64,000 nt of DNA. Source: Perkinsus olseni (lineage: Eukaryota). The translations under genes and the position numbers were made by a program. Shown one piece after another: positions 39,440 to 51,800 of this stretch (position 1 is the stretch's first letter; each line of letters opens with the position of its first letter). Below the pieces are notes generated by a model. The model was not told the origin of the DNA. It worked only from the letters and a program-made list of their open reading frames with translations, and made no database searches. Where the stretch lies: positions 1 to 64,000 of the forward strand of contig JABANN010000125.1 of the NCBI GenBank assembly GCA_013115125.1, read 5' to 3'.

Positions 39440-41551
39440 TCACAGCTGCGAGATAGAAACGTCAGGACTTCGTCGAGACCCGATATCATCACCAGCAACG
39501 GCAGCGGATGAACATGAAGGCATCGACTCAGGCGGTGTATCAGGTGGCGGTGCAGCAACGCGGAGGGCCGAGCTCGCAGCAGCGGTCCTCGATACCCCAG
39601 TTGACGTCCTCCAACCGCGGGATTCCCTGCGCGCACCTCTCAGACCAGTTTCCAAGTCGTTGAGCTCAACACTGTTGTCAATGGTACCGAAGGAAGATTC
39701 ATCTCCTTGGTCGTCAGCACTGTGGGGAGTCTCAGTCGATGGAGAGGCCAGATTGCCGAAGCCACCGTTGCGTATTTCTCTCTGTCTAAGCCTCCTCAGC
39801 CGCTTCTTCTCAGCCTTTACGCGTTTCCTCCCCGTCCACCATCTACTCAATCTAAGATAGGGAGGATCGGGGAAAGTGCGATCAAAATCGCCCGAGTTCG
39901 TCCCAACCGAGACCGATCTTAGCCTGAAGGAACGCCTTCTCTCCAGCTCAGCATCATCAGTGGGTTCAACCCCCGCTGGAGCTGACTCTTCCCGATGCGA
40001 CTGCTCGGCCGATCGGGCAGACTCAGTGCGATCAATATTATTGCGATGATGATGATGATGCTGTGTTTCCCTCGGCTCTATGACGAAGCCTCCGAGATCA
40101 GCTCCCTCTTCACGACGAATCTCCGCAGCAGCATCCACCGTCATCGCCGACATAATCCTCGTAAGAGTACGCTGCCTCGTCAGATGAGTCCCACCAGGAC
40201 TCCTCGTACCATCCAATGGTGGGGGAGGTGGGACCTCATTGCTGTACGGTACCAAAGCCGGTCCGCCCTCCGATAACGAATTGGAGAGCATGGACATCGT
40301 CCGAACCCTCGGTGGTGGCGGAGAACACGAACGATGATTCCCACTCTCGCCATCAGGAGTACCAATAGTGCCCGAGCTCAGTCCACTGAGTCGCCTCGGG
40401 GAGGGAAGGGGTGGCCCCCCAAGGTGGCGCCCCTCCCCAGCAGGAGACAAGAGACCTCCGTATTGAGGAAGGGATATGCTGTTGAGGCTAACCGGAGTGT
40501 TGGCGACACTCATCGCGCTGATGCTATCACTGCGAGAGGGTCTAACATTCTGGCTGCTAGCAACAGAGCTCCGCCGACGGGAGGTCTCCTGATTCTGATC
40601 CGCCTCTGACGTCCTTGGACTCAGGAGAAACACTCCGAAAAAAAGAACGCCAGTGCCGCTGAAGAAGACACCCAACTGCCATGACTGCATTGATACGAAC
40701 TCCTTAAATACTATGCCACCAGACAGCATAGTTGACAGGGTCCAACACACCTGTGTCAATGGTACGAGGAATGCCCCGGGGAATATCCTCAGGGCCCGAT
40801 TGAGATGAATAACCCAAAAGATGGCTGCGAAGAGCCACGCGAAGAGTACCAGGAACGTTCTTCCCTGATAGAGTTGGGTAACATGACCACCAAACGCCTG
40901 CGTGATGATGAGCGATAGCACCTTGCCCGATACTACAGATTGGGCGCCAACTGCTGCTACGCAGAAGGTGTAACCCGTGGGGACGAGGAATCGGGTTACC
41001 CGACTCTGAGATCGCGGCAATGACAGCTCCCACTGTATTCTCTTCGGCCATTTGGATTTGCTGAACCACAAAATGGGTGCTCCCGTACGCATCCAGAAGG
41101 CGAAACCAATGACCAGGATGACAGTGAGCAGGCCCAGCAGAAAGTAACCGTGGGTAGCGGAAAAGTAGAAGTCTCGAAACATGACGTCGACATTGTTAAT
41201 AGCCTCAGATTTATTGGACGAAATCACCAACATGACGATTGCTCCGATGATGACCACCGTACCGCAAACGTTGAATACTGTGAAGGGTTCCTTCAGGAAA
41301 TAGTGCACGAAAAACAAATTGGACACGAACTGGATAGCCGATATGCCAGATAGCAGAGATTGGGGGGCGAAGGCGAAGGATCCGAAGGTTAAAATGGATC
41401 CAATACAGAAGAGGATGAGCCCTATTGCAAGATAATGGCCTTTGCCATGCCTTACAGCTGTATGATACTTCATCAATACCGTACCAAGATTAGTCGTGAT
41501 GGCACCGACAATGTTAACAGCGATGCCGATGACGAACCGTGTGGCAGACAT
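39440..41551 (-). CDS. NIPA-like Mg2+ transporter (DMT superfamily) with a long disordered C-terminal tail
   Basis: Uninterrupted 703-aa ORF with about 9 TM segments; FGSFAFAPQSLLSGIS, HLNRALRIF, VPLTQVCWT, GGIVFKEF, GVFLLS. Confidence 0.85.
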   Translation of the reverse strand: MSATRFVIGIAVNIVGAITTNLGTVLMKYHTAVRHGKGHYLAIGLILFCIGSILTFGSFAFAPQSLLSGISAIQFVSNLFFVHYFLKEPFTVFNVCGTVVIIGAIVMLVISSNKSEAINNVDVMFRDFYFSATHGYFLLGLLTVILVIGFAFWMRTGAPILWFSKSKWPKRIQWELSLPRSQSRVTRFLVPTGYTFCVAAVGAQSVVSGKVLSLIITQAFGGHVTQLYQGRTFLVLFAWLFAAIFWVIHLNRALRIFPGAFLVPLTQVCWTLSTMLSGGIVFKEFVSMQSWQLGVFFSGTGVLFFGVFLLSPRTSEADQNQETSRRRSSVASSQNVRPSRSDSISAMSVANTPVSLNSISLPQYGGLLSPAGEGRHLGGPPLPSPRRLSGLSSGTIGTPDGESGNHRSCSPPPPRVRTMSMLSNSLSEGGPALVPYSNEVPPPPPLDGTRSPGGTHLTRQRTLTRIMSAMTVDAAAEIRREEGADLGGFVIEPRETQHHHHHRNNIDRTESARSAEQSHREESAPAGVEPTDDAELERRRSFRLRSVSVGTNSGDFDRTFPDPPYLRLSRWWTGRKRVKAEKKRLRRLRQREIRNGGFGNLASPSTETPHSADDQGDESSFGTIDNSVELNDLETGLRGARRESRGWRTSTGVSRTAAASSALRVAAPPPDTPPESMPSCSSAAVAGDDIGSRRSPDVSISQL

Positions 41552-42187
41552 CGGATTACGATAGCAGTAGTAGTTTTATTAATGTTATCACTTCGACGAC
41601 GAGGACGACGAGGTAAATAGGAATACTAGTAGGCCACTCAACTGCTGGAAATAATGATGATAATCGATTCAGCCCCCTCTACCCTGTAGGCCCCCCTTCA
41701 CCGCTGCGACCACCTAATGCCACCAATCGCCCTCATTTCCCGCGTCTACTACCAGTCCTGTCATCTTGATTGATATCGGAGGAAGAGACTGACGCCTAAG
41801 TAGTCTCCTGCTGGCTGCAGTAGATCCGTTTCTAACGCGCTGATGGAATTCATAGCAGCAGCTTTCTAGAGCTCAGAGAAGGCTTATCGCCCCCAAGTCC
41901 CCCGCGAGTATCCTAGTACCTCGAAACCTCTCCCCTGATGACCCCTGACCAACCGCTGATCCGCCTGTTGACACATCCAAGACGCCCTCATTCCCACGGC
42001 CCCACAAGACCCTTCCAATTCTACAATGCCCTTTACACAGCGAGAGTACAGCATTAACCCTTCTTGAGAGGACGCACGCCAAAATGCCAAGGTCTTCAGG
42101 GCGCGCGCGATGTTGACGTTAACCGCGCGCGCCCTGAGGTGTATTCTGTTGGATGACCTCTCGTCCGGTATATCCTCCTTTTCTGTG

Positions 42188-44113
42188 ATGCCCCGGAAGG
42201 CCTCTGCCAAAACTCGGAAACGAGCATCAGCGAAGAGTAAGAGGAGGGGGTCAACGGCCGCAGCTAGCACTGCGATGGAGGCGGAGCGAAGGGCACTACT
42301 GACGCCTGAGAATTCTGGTAGGGCGCATCTTGGGCGATGTTAAGGGTCGTTGAGGCCTGTGTTTCAGAGGGAGGCTCGACCTTCTCACGGTGGTTGCGGT
42401 GGCTGGATACGGTGTATCAGAGTACACCGTCAGGTGATATGCCCGACGTCATTGGCGAATTAAAGCAAGCTGAGCTTGAGTGAGCTCAAGATTATGATGA
42501 CGCTGTTGCTGTATGGGGGTGGTCCTAGATACACCCAGCTGATGTGCTCTACTGCACCGGCCGGCGCTGATCTAGGCGACGAGGGAGGAAGCAGGGGGAT
42601 AGTCCGGTTGATGAAGCCCGAACCTGCACCACCCAAGTGGCAGCCAACAGGCAGGCGGCGGGCAGGTGGGGGACAGGGCATCATACCGCCGGTCAAGGAG
42701 GCGGTTAAGGTGGAAGTCCCTGCTGTTGCGAAAGAGGCGACTGAGAGTAATACAGGATGACTCACCGTAAATAGGAAAATTCGTAGCTAGGGTGCTTCGG
42801 GGTTCCGCGAAGGTGTCCTAGGCGTTTTCGGTAGTGCTGAATGTCTCGACGCTTACGGTTTCATTAGCCTTATTACCTGGGACGTTGGAGTCTGGCGTTT
42901 TGGGGTTTCCGTTGAGGGGCAATTTGACGACGTACGTGCAGGTAAACCGAAGCGAAAGAGGGGGCGACCGAGGAAGTCAGAAAGGACGGTTATCACAGCC
43001 AAGGGAAATGCCGCCATCCCACCTGGTGCAGCTCGACCATCGACTCCTAAGACCCTGGATACTGAGGATAAGGCCAGGGCTAAGAAGGCTAGGACGAATG
43101 CTAGTAGCAGCCCCAAGGCACCTCCAACTCGTGTGGTCTACGATTCTCTGGGACCTGTCGGAGTGGAGGTCATTCCTGGGTAAGGCTGCTGAAAATACCA
43201 TTGCCTTTGTGATGAGCTTATTGCTGTGCAGGGTTCCTAAAGCTGTGAAAACAGCGACGCAGGCCTCCGGTCGCTCACAAGCGGAGGTTGTTGGCCATCC
43301 TGCACCGCCCGTTAAAAAGAATAATCAGCAGCAGCAGCCTTCCCCAGCGTAAGGCTGTATTGGGAGGTCACTGTGTCAGTGTCACCCTTAGGACGGTTAC
43401 ACGGCCCTCCGGGACGAGTCCCACGGCAACCAAGAAGCAACCTGCTGCAGCCAACAAGGCGGCCCCGATGACGCCATTGGTGTCAAATGTAATAGACGCT
43501 ACAGTGGCAGTCATAGCAGTATCATGAGTATCATCAGTTACCTCCCGGGGTGGTGTCCCATGCGGCGAGTCCAGCCTTGGCCTACGCCTTTCTATTGCAG
43601 CAGGCAGCCCTTCAACACCGCCAACGACAGGCCAAAGCGGCTCCTACTGCTACAGTCAACAAGCCCCCATCTGCGGTCACGGCCGGCGGTGGTGGGGCGA
43701 AGGCGAGCACGGCGGGGCCACAGGAACAGCAGCAGCATGAACTACTTGTGCAGCAGCTGAAGAGCCTCGTTGCTGCGCATCAGGCGTCCTGGGGACAGGC
43801 GGCGCAGGCTCGCCAGGCGGGCAAAACCGCACCGTCAACGGCCCCGGGGATTGGCCAATTTAAGTCAGAGTCGAGTAGACGTGAGGTCAATCAGCAAGAT
43901 GTCGCGGCTGGGAATCGAACCCACGGCCTCATTGCTCCGAGAATTGATCGTTTGGCTGGGAGTTCTGTGTCCCAGTCAGCAGTTAAGAGTGTGGAGAAGC
44001 TGGGCAGAGCTCCGGTATCTCTGATACCCAGGGTGGGCAAGGAGTCGGGAACCAACGCTGACGGCGAGAAGAAGGGGTCTCCTAAGAAGGAGCGTTGCGA
44101 TGAAAACGGATGA
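42188..44113 (+). CDS. Hypothetical low-complexity (Ala/Gln/Pro/Lys-rich), probably nuclear protein, multi-exon
   Basis: Basic NLS-like start MPRKASAKTRKRASAKSKRR, exons linked by short GT-AG introns, last exon is ORF 43550-44113. Confidence 0.5.
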
Positions 44114-44209
44114 AGAGGTGCCGAGGGTTCAATAATGAACTGAATTACGTGCAAGTGGAGATTGCCGCGTTGCTACAGTGGTTTTGGTTGCCAGCCAGAG
44201 TACGGCAGG

Positions 44210-47200
44210 ATGGTGGAGGGTGAGTGTTTGTAATTGGCCTATCGTACTTCGGTTATTGTTGAGTTTGTGCAACGGAGGGGGTGGGTATTGGTGGGGTCCC
44301 TCAGTTTGGGCGAGACATGTCGAGTGACGAGGCTCTTGCGGCGTCGTCGGGAGCGGACGCCAGGAGGCCGACCAACCGGTATGAAGTTGCAGCTTTGAAG
44401 AGGCTAGTTGCAGCTGTGCCGAAGTCGGATCCTCGATGGTAGTGTCTGGGTCACGGCCGTGGGTGGAACAGTCGAGTTACTCTTCTCCGGAGTATTCTCC
44501 CCGATCGTTTGTTTCCCCTCGAGTGAGAAAGCGTCTGGAGCTCTCACCGCTCCCAGCGAGTGGCAGGGTGGATGACCGTCATCAGCCTTGGATTCCCGAC
44601 GTCATCCGTCTGCTGTGTTGTCAGGGGGTTCCGCACTGGTGCCCGGGACAAGGTATTGAGGCAGTCAGGGTAGTACGGGTAACCGAGTCTATCGAGGTCA
44701 TAGTGTTCTGCGGCTCAGAGTTGACTTCATTCGGGCACCCTACTCGAATGCTGAGCTGAATAGCCTGGCAGATGCCGTAGAGGAGGCCAGGGGTACCCTC
44801 GGATGGGATGAGGACACAGTGTGGAAGTAACGTCGCTGAGGACCTGTGCGGAAACGGACAGCCGAGTTGTTAGGTACATACGGGAGAGTGCTGGACATGG
44901 TAGTCAGGGGAAGTTCTGGCCAACCCTATACGCTAAGGCCAGGCTACCTCATAGGAGCTGTGAGAGCATGCAGCAGGCTATAAGGCGCCACCTGGTCCCT
45001 GGTAGTAGGGGTTGCTGAACTGGAGTGGCTTGAGGGGAGTTTGCTCAGATAAGTACTACAGGGAGAACAGGCAGCTGACTAGGGAGGAGAAGGAGATGTT
45101 GGCCGAGATCCAACGCGGAGAGTTGAAGATGTCATTGGCGCAGTTATCGGAGATGATGAACCTGCCTAAGTATATCATAGATGATTACATGGGAATACTG
45201 AGGAGGGGGTAGGGGTGGTATTGGCCGGAACCCGTAAGAGGTATAGATGGTATTAGGTTCAATCAGGGTGTCTTGTCGACGCCGGAGGAAGAGAGGCGTG
45301 GTCTGCCTCCGGCCAAGGAACGGTCTCGATGGCTCTGCGCTGCCCTCGTTAGAGTTTATGGTGTGTCATTCCCGTAAGTTGGCCATACGCTACGAAGCGG
45401 CACTTGGCATGGTCCTTGCAGTAGAGATTGCTGTGCAGGTTCCACCTGGAGCCGGATCCGGAGAAGACACCGGAGCTGGTTAAAATATATAAAAAGTACT
45501 GAGAAAGGGAGGGAATCCTGCATGGGGCATTCGCTCCCACTTCAGTCTCGCCCAGGCCAACTGCCCCGATACTCCTCTCACTGAGCGCGTCTTCAATCCA
45601 CGGCAGTGGACTAACCTGTTCTTACAACCTATGCGTAACGCTGCGAAATATGCCTGGGATAAGCTTCCCGATAAAGATGTAGTATCCCTCTACTCCGGAT
45701 GGGTCGCAAGGCTTTCCCTGCATCTCAGGCTTATTGCCAGCACATAGTACGTCAACTGGCTGATGCTACCGAGGGCAAACTGAAGTCCCCTGACGGCAGC
45801 ATCAACCCCTTCCCGGCGCTCGTATTGGAGCAAGTGCCGTGGAGGGTGGTCACACCGTGGTGGGATGCTGAGGCGGGGAAGGACTTCTTTCGCACGGTTT
45901 TACTGGGGAGGTACTACAAGGGCTGCGTGTGTGGTAGTGCACGTGGGCCTTCCTTGGGTAGGTTGACGACAGGCAAGCCCTCGAGCGATGCTTCTTTTGA
46001 CAAACTCGTGGATGAGCTATGGGAGTCCTGGAGTCTGCCTGAGGAGGAGAGTGCGGCGGAGAAGCTGATGACGGCAGAGTGCGAGCGGCTCGTTAGGGTA
46101 GTGCCGCAGGGGGGCTGGCCCGGTGTTTGGGCGCCATTGCTGCTGTTGTTGTATCAGTCGTTCATCGTCGCAGTGGCGGTATCAGTCGACGACTCACTGA
46201 AGGTGTGTCGCATGCTGGTTCCGAGGAGTTGACATTGTACGCTCGTGTCAGGAGAAGGTGCCGAAGTCCTACCAGCTGGATGAGGTTCCCCAAGTGGACG
46301 GATGGACGAAGACTGCGCAGAAGAAGGTAAAGAAGAAGGGCGACTTCGGGTAGGGACGGGCTGTTAGTGGCCATGAGGTGACGGTGAATTGGAACTTAGA
46401 GAACCCTCCACACCGGGAGCTGGCAAGAAAGAGGTTGCCAAGACTACGCCGACGCCTTCGCCCAGTTCCCCGACCACCTCTGGGTAATATTGTTAGATAT
46501 GCGGTTTACTGGGCTTCACTGCGACGACGCGTTACGTACCGGATTGCGTTGTGCGTACTGCGCCTTGCTCTCAGCTTATCGAGTCCTGTTGGCTCTGAGA
46601 CATCTCCTTCTCCGAAGGGTGAAGATGATGGGAAGCCGCGAACACCGTAGGCGGGGACTGTTGCCAAGTTGCTAGCCTGCTTGATGTGGAGGAGAGCATG
46701 CCCTTCAGAACCCTCCCTGCTGCTTCGGAGTCGACAGAGGGTTATGGGAAGGAGGAGCTGAATGAAGGGCCTGTCGTGGGCCGTACTGCCAAGTGAGGAA
46801 GGGATACTACTGGATAAGCTGTTCGAGCTCGTAACCGCTGTTAGGTCAGCGCATCGTGATGAGTCGCTGAGCAAGCAGGAGAGGTGCCAGTTGCTAGCCC
46901 TCGCTTTGATAGATCAATACGGCATGGACTCCCGGTAAGTACGGGAATCATGGAACCTTCGGCATAGCCGCTCTCCCTGGACCTCTCGAGTCTCCGCGTT
47001 TACCGGCTCACACTGACCGTCCTCTCAGTTTTGCGTAATTCTCTCGCACTCATATTTGCCAGATTCCCGCATGATGATGATGATGTGGAGATGCTCGAAA
47101 CGATCCGCGGCCGTTTCAACCGGTAGGAGCGGGCGTGAGGCTTCCAGTATATTATTGCCCGATGGCTGCGTGAATCTCCTATGACTCAAGTTCCGTACTC

Positions 47201-48387
47201 CATCGTTCTCTCAATCTCTGTTGCTTGGAAGACAATTAACTTTGGCAGTTGAAGGAGAAGTAGACTGCTTTAGGGAGCAGTATCTCTTCTGTATTCCTCC
47301 TGATCCCTCAGCAGTATGGTAGCCGTGGTGGGTCCTGCTATGGCAGCAGCACGGTCCAATACAGTCGCCTTCGTCTTGTGCGGCTCAGGCTGGGTGTGGA
47401 CTTCGGTAGTCAAACAGAATAGCTCCTAGCTGCAGCTCTGGATTTCTGACTAGGCTCTAGTCTACCCCTCGCGAGATGATCGTGATTCAGATACCTTAGT
47501 CGGCGAGGCTGCTCGGATGGTCCAGTGAGTACAAGTGAGGTTGTCTCCCTTCTCAAGCAGATCGTCCGACAGGGAACACGACTGGCATGGGACGCTATGG
47601 AGAACTGGCAGGTAGGCGCGGCTGACAAGCCGCTGCAGTTTATCTATACGAAGCTTCGCCGGACTCGAGCTGGTCCTTACAAATTGACTGTCCTGCTTTA
47701 GGCATTCTGTCGGTACCTCATCCGAGGGGTCCAGTCGGCCGTGAAGGGCGCGCTTCGAGACCGGCGAACGGGCAAGGTGGTGGCGAAACCTGCGAGCGTT
47801 GAAGAGATACCTTGGAAGGATATTGCGCCATGCTGGAACCCAAAGGGAATGAGAGGCGTCTTCACAGGGACCATCATGCCGTTGTAGGAAGGGTTACTTC
47901 CGCCGACAGAGTGACCGTCTGATTGAGAAGCCTTATCTTTGGGCACACTGGACGCCCTGTCATGGACTCTCACTTCAGGCTTGGTGAGGATGTCGATGGT
48001 ATGCCCCTTGATGCCCTTGTGAAGCGTCTGTGGGCAGCCTGGGAGCTTCCTCGGAAGGACAACGGTGACGAAGCGAGGGCGTATACCGACTGTGAGAAAG
48101 CTGTTAAGGTGAGAGGTTCATCATGTCTGATAGGCGCGCTCCGACTATAATCTCCTCTGAGATCATCGGCGCCGTGCATGTTCCATCAGATTACTCTGTC
48201 TCTCAGGACTATCTACTCTCCCTAGCGTCTAAGGCGGACCCCACGGTCAAGGTAGTCTGTCAGGAGCGCATCTCCAGTCAATTACCCTTGGACGGTTGAA
48301 TGTCAGGAGCGGCTGAGAAAGAAGGCGGCGGCACGCACTGCAGAGGAGGACGCTGTCCGGACCAGTCAAGCTTCGAAGAGACGGTAG
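44210..48387 (+). CDS. Myb/SANT-repeat DNA-binding protein (Reb1/TTF1-like) with internal duplication, multi-exon
   Basis: YSNAELNSLADAV...KFWPTLYAKARLPHRSCESMQQAIRRHL and LTREEKEMLAE resemble Reb1/TTF1 Myb-associated repeats. Could be two tandem genes. Confidence 0.5.
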
Positions 48388-48867
48388 CAGACACGTTCGG
48401 GTACATGGCGTTTTTCCTTCTGATTTCTCGGCGATCCCTGCGACTTGCATATACATAACCCCTGTCATATTACAAGTGAAATCGCTGAAAAGTGAACCTA
48501 GCTCGCCCTCGCGAAGATAGGGAGAACTGCGATGGGATGGGAGTCAGTGGATGATGAGTGTATTTGGAGACTTCAGGTTCACGGATTTACTGAAGAGAAG
48601 TAAGCATCCCTCTAAACGTCCGAGACTGCTGCATTAGTACTCACAACGTATCAGCTTGTTGTTTTCTAGCTGCTCCCATTATTACATTATAACTCTATTG
48701 TCACACTACCTTACTGTTATTACTTCAACGTGTCACCAGGGTCCGTGAGTCTGCTGAGTTCAGTAGACTCCAATGGCGATGCTGTCTGCGGGGTTCCTCC
48801 GGGGTGTTTACCTTGCTAGCCTCGGTCCTATCCAGATTTGAGCGTTACAGCCTTGCGAGCCAGGAGC

Positions 48868-51800
48868 ATGGCCAGCGTTCCCCTGCATCGCCCTCCCGTC
48901 TCCCGCGGTCCTGGCGGTTTTGGAAGTGCCAATGTCGAGTACGATTCACTGCCATGTGAAGTTGATGGCGCCCTGAGTAAGTCGTTATCTCGGATGTCTG
49001 GGTGGGATCATTGGGATCATCCGCAGGAGTAATAGAGGCTGGCGCGGCGATGGACGACACAGCGGGAGACATGCAGTCGCTCCTGCTGGACGGTGGCGGT
49101 GGTTCTATCACTGGAAGTAGCTTTTCGGGGTCCGTGGATGTGAAGAGAGAGTTTCTTCCATCAGCTTCAACCTACACGGTCTTTGGTGATTACTCGAGGC
49201 CGCCAGCCCTCACTGAAGATACCCAGGAGCTGCACCAGTACGTATCCGCTGGGGAGTCCTGGGCTACTCCGGAGTGCGAGGCGGATGGAGAGTGGGAACG
49301 GATGGGCGTTATAAGTATGGCGTAGTTATGGAGAGCTATCAAGCAGGATTTTGGTGGTGCTTAGGCGAGCTCGGACGGCAGTGGAAGTCGAGAGGGTCCA
49401 CGGTTGTTATCTGGGACCCGTTGAAGTGCGGACACGACGTCGTCGAGTACGTTGACGGAAGGGTTGCTCGCCTTATCATCGCTCACCCGGTGGCAGGTTC
49501 AAAGTGTCTGACGACTCTGATGACTCGGTTACTGCTCTTTGTGTGACGGAGTGGAGGGACTCTGCGGCGGCAGCAGCAGGCAACAGCAGTCTGCAGCATG
49601 GCCGTCATGCACGGAGGTGGATCATGGCGGCTTCGACTGGTATGAGTGGGGAAGCTGGGTTGGGGCCACTTAGTTGTGGTGCAGTTACTTCGGTCTACTT
49701 GCTGGTTCTGAGCGTCTCGGACGCGGCCCAGTCTTTGCAGCCTCCTGTGCGGTACGCGAGTGTTTCCTTGCCTGGTGAAGCTGCTGAAGGTGGGCACCTA
49801 AATCGACGTCCCATCGTAACCGGTCCCAATCAGGCGAAGCCAACCGCTTCATCTCTCTTTGTGGTACTCCGACGGGGTCGATCTATGCCGGAGCCTCCGA
49901 CGGTAGCGTCTGGGAAGTCGAGTAAGTGAAGCGTGGTAGTCTATGGAAGGGAGGTGGCCCATCTTCCCTTAGGTATGTGACAGAGTCCGAGTTGTGGCGA
50001 GAGCAGCAGGCGCAGAAAGCTCGGCGGCGTCGACTGCTGTCGGCGTTGGGCGGATCTGGTGGGAGTGGTTTCACTGACCAGAACCGGGCCAAGCTCAAGT
50101 GCCTGCATAGGTAAGCTTGCAGTAGTAGCAGCAGCCGCAGCAGCAGTCCGGTGTCATCGTGTTTGTCACCCTCGTTACCTCAGGCCCTTCTCCTCTCATC
50201 TGCCTGGCATGTTCCGAAGTGTAGCCTCGAAGATAGTCAGCTTATCAGGTGACGCCAAGGCCCTTCTCTCACTGTTACAGCATCACCGGTATAGCGTAGG
50301 CCCAATAGTGCAAGTTGCCTTTGACCCGACCCGCTCGTTGTTGTACGCCCTCGGCTCCTCGTCGACTGATGGTGATAGTGGTAGAGACGTCACCGTCCTT
50401 CGGGTAGACCCCAAGGAGGGCTCCGTTCGACATGTTGCAGACATACTCCATAGTACTAGGCCTTCACGACTCGCTGGCGGCGCCGCACGGCTGCTGTTCT
50501 TGGCTGAGCAGGTTCTATACTGAGTGCCCTTCGTAACATGGGGACAGCGGCGTACGGGGGCTCCCGCGTGGCTCGAGCCCGGGCATTCTTCTCGTCCGCC
50601 CGGAAGAATAATGCTGCGGTAAGCAGCGCTACAGTGACCGGTGAAGGTGTCACATTTGGCTGCCTCGACGGCGTCTCTTCCCTTGCGATTGTGGATCGCA
50701 ATGACTATGATGGTGCTCAGGACGTCGTGGGCATCTTCCCCGTTCCATACGGCAAAGGAGGTGACATCTGCCTCTTGGCAGTCCTCAGGGGTGGTACGCG
50801 AGTGTACATGCGCGTCTGGGGCTACGAGGCTCAGAGCTACTCGGGTCTTCACCAACGCCCGCAGTTAGTCGATCCGGCCAAAAGAGTCCCCTCCAGGATA
50901 GTTGTAGGGCTGGTGCGCCCACCGGATAGGTAAGACCATGTCCAGCCTGCCGTGCAGATCATCCCGTGGTAGCAGGTCCCCGGTGCTCTCCCTTCGGTCC
51001 TGTGCTATGACGGAGTCGGGTTCGGTGACGATGCTTGACGGATGTGGCACCGTCGTTGTTGTCACCCCTGACTACTCGGCCCTGGCTCGAAGGTACGCTA
51101 CCACTTCGCTCTGCTTGGTTGGGCATTGCCCGTCTCTTCAGGTGTGCTGGAGGAGCAGGAGCAATAGGTGCCATGCTGGAGGGCTACACTGTTATCGATG
51201 GCGGAGGGGCGGGCCTCACGCATGTGTACGGCAGCTAGGCTTCCTCGTTGTTGTTGGTCAGGCCTTCTGTTGTCGCTCAGGTTCACGCAGGACGGCATTG
51301 ATAAGGCTGACCCGAGCATGTCTAATGAGCTCTGCAAGCAGGGGCAGCCTGATGACACGCCGGAGGCGGTCATCCTAGCTGGGTAGCTGTCACTGAAGAT
51401 CCTCGCGATAGCTGATCTCCCCGATCTCAGGGCATCTTCCTTCTGTCGGCTACAGATGGTCCGACCAATAGACAGACTATTCCGCATCCTAGCAGCACAG
51501 AACATCCACCTTCTCCGCGACTTCGTCACCCGGTAGGCCCCCCCTTCTGTCGCCCTGGGCCACACAGGCCTTCTAGATACACAGCGGTAGAGACGGCTGC
51601 CCTGATATGGCAGTTGTTAGCTACTCATAACCTCAAGAGCGGAGCTGCCAAGGGGCTCTCCCGACGGGACATGTACAAGTCCATGCGCAAGTCCCTTATG
51701 GATGAGCAATCTTCTTGTTAGGAGCAGTGGTCCGGGTCCTGGTGAAGTTTATGCTGCCCTCACTGGTGGCGGCAGATCAGGCCCGAGCGCCTCGCCGCGG

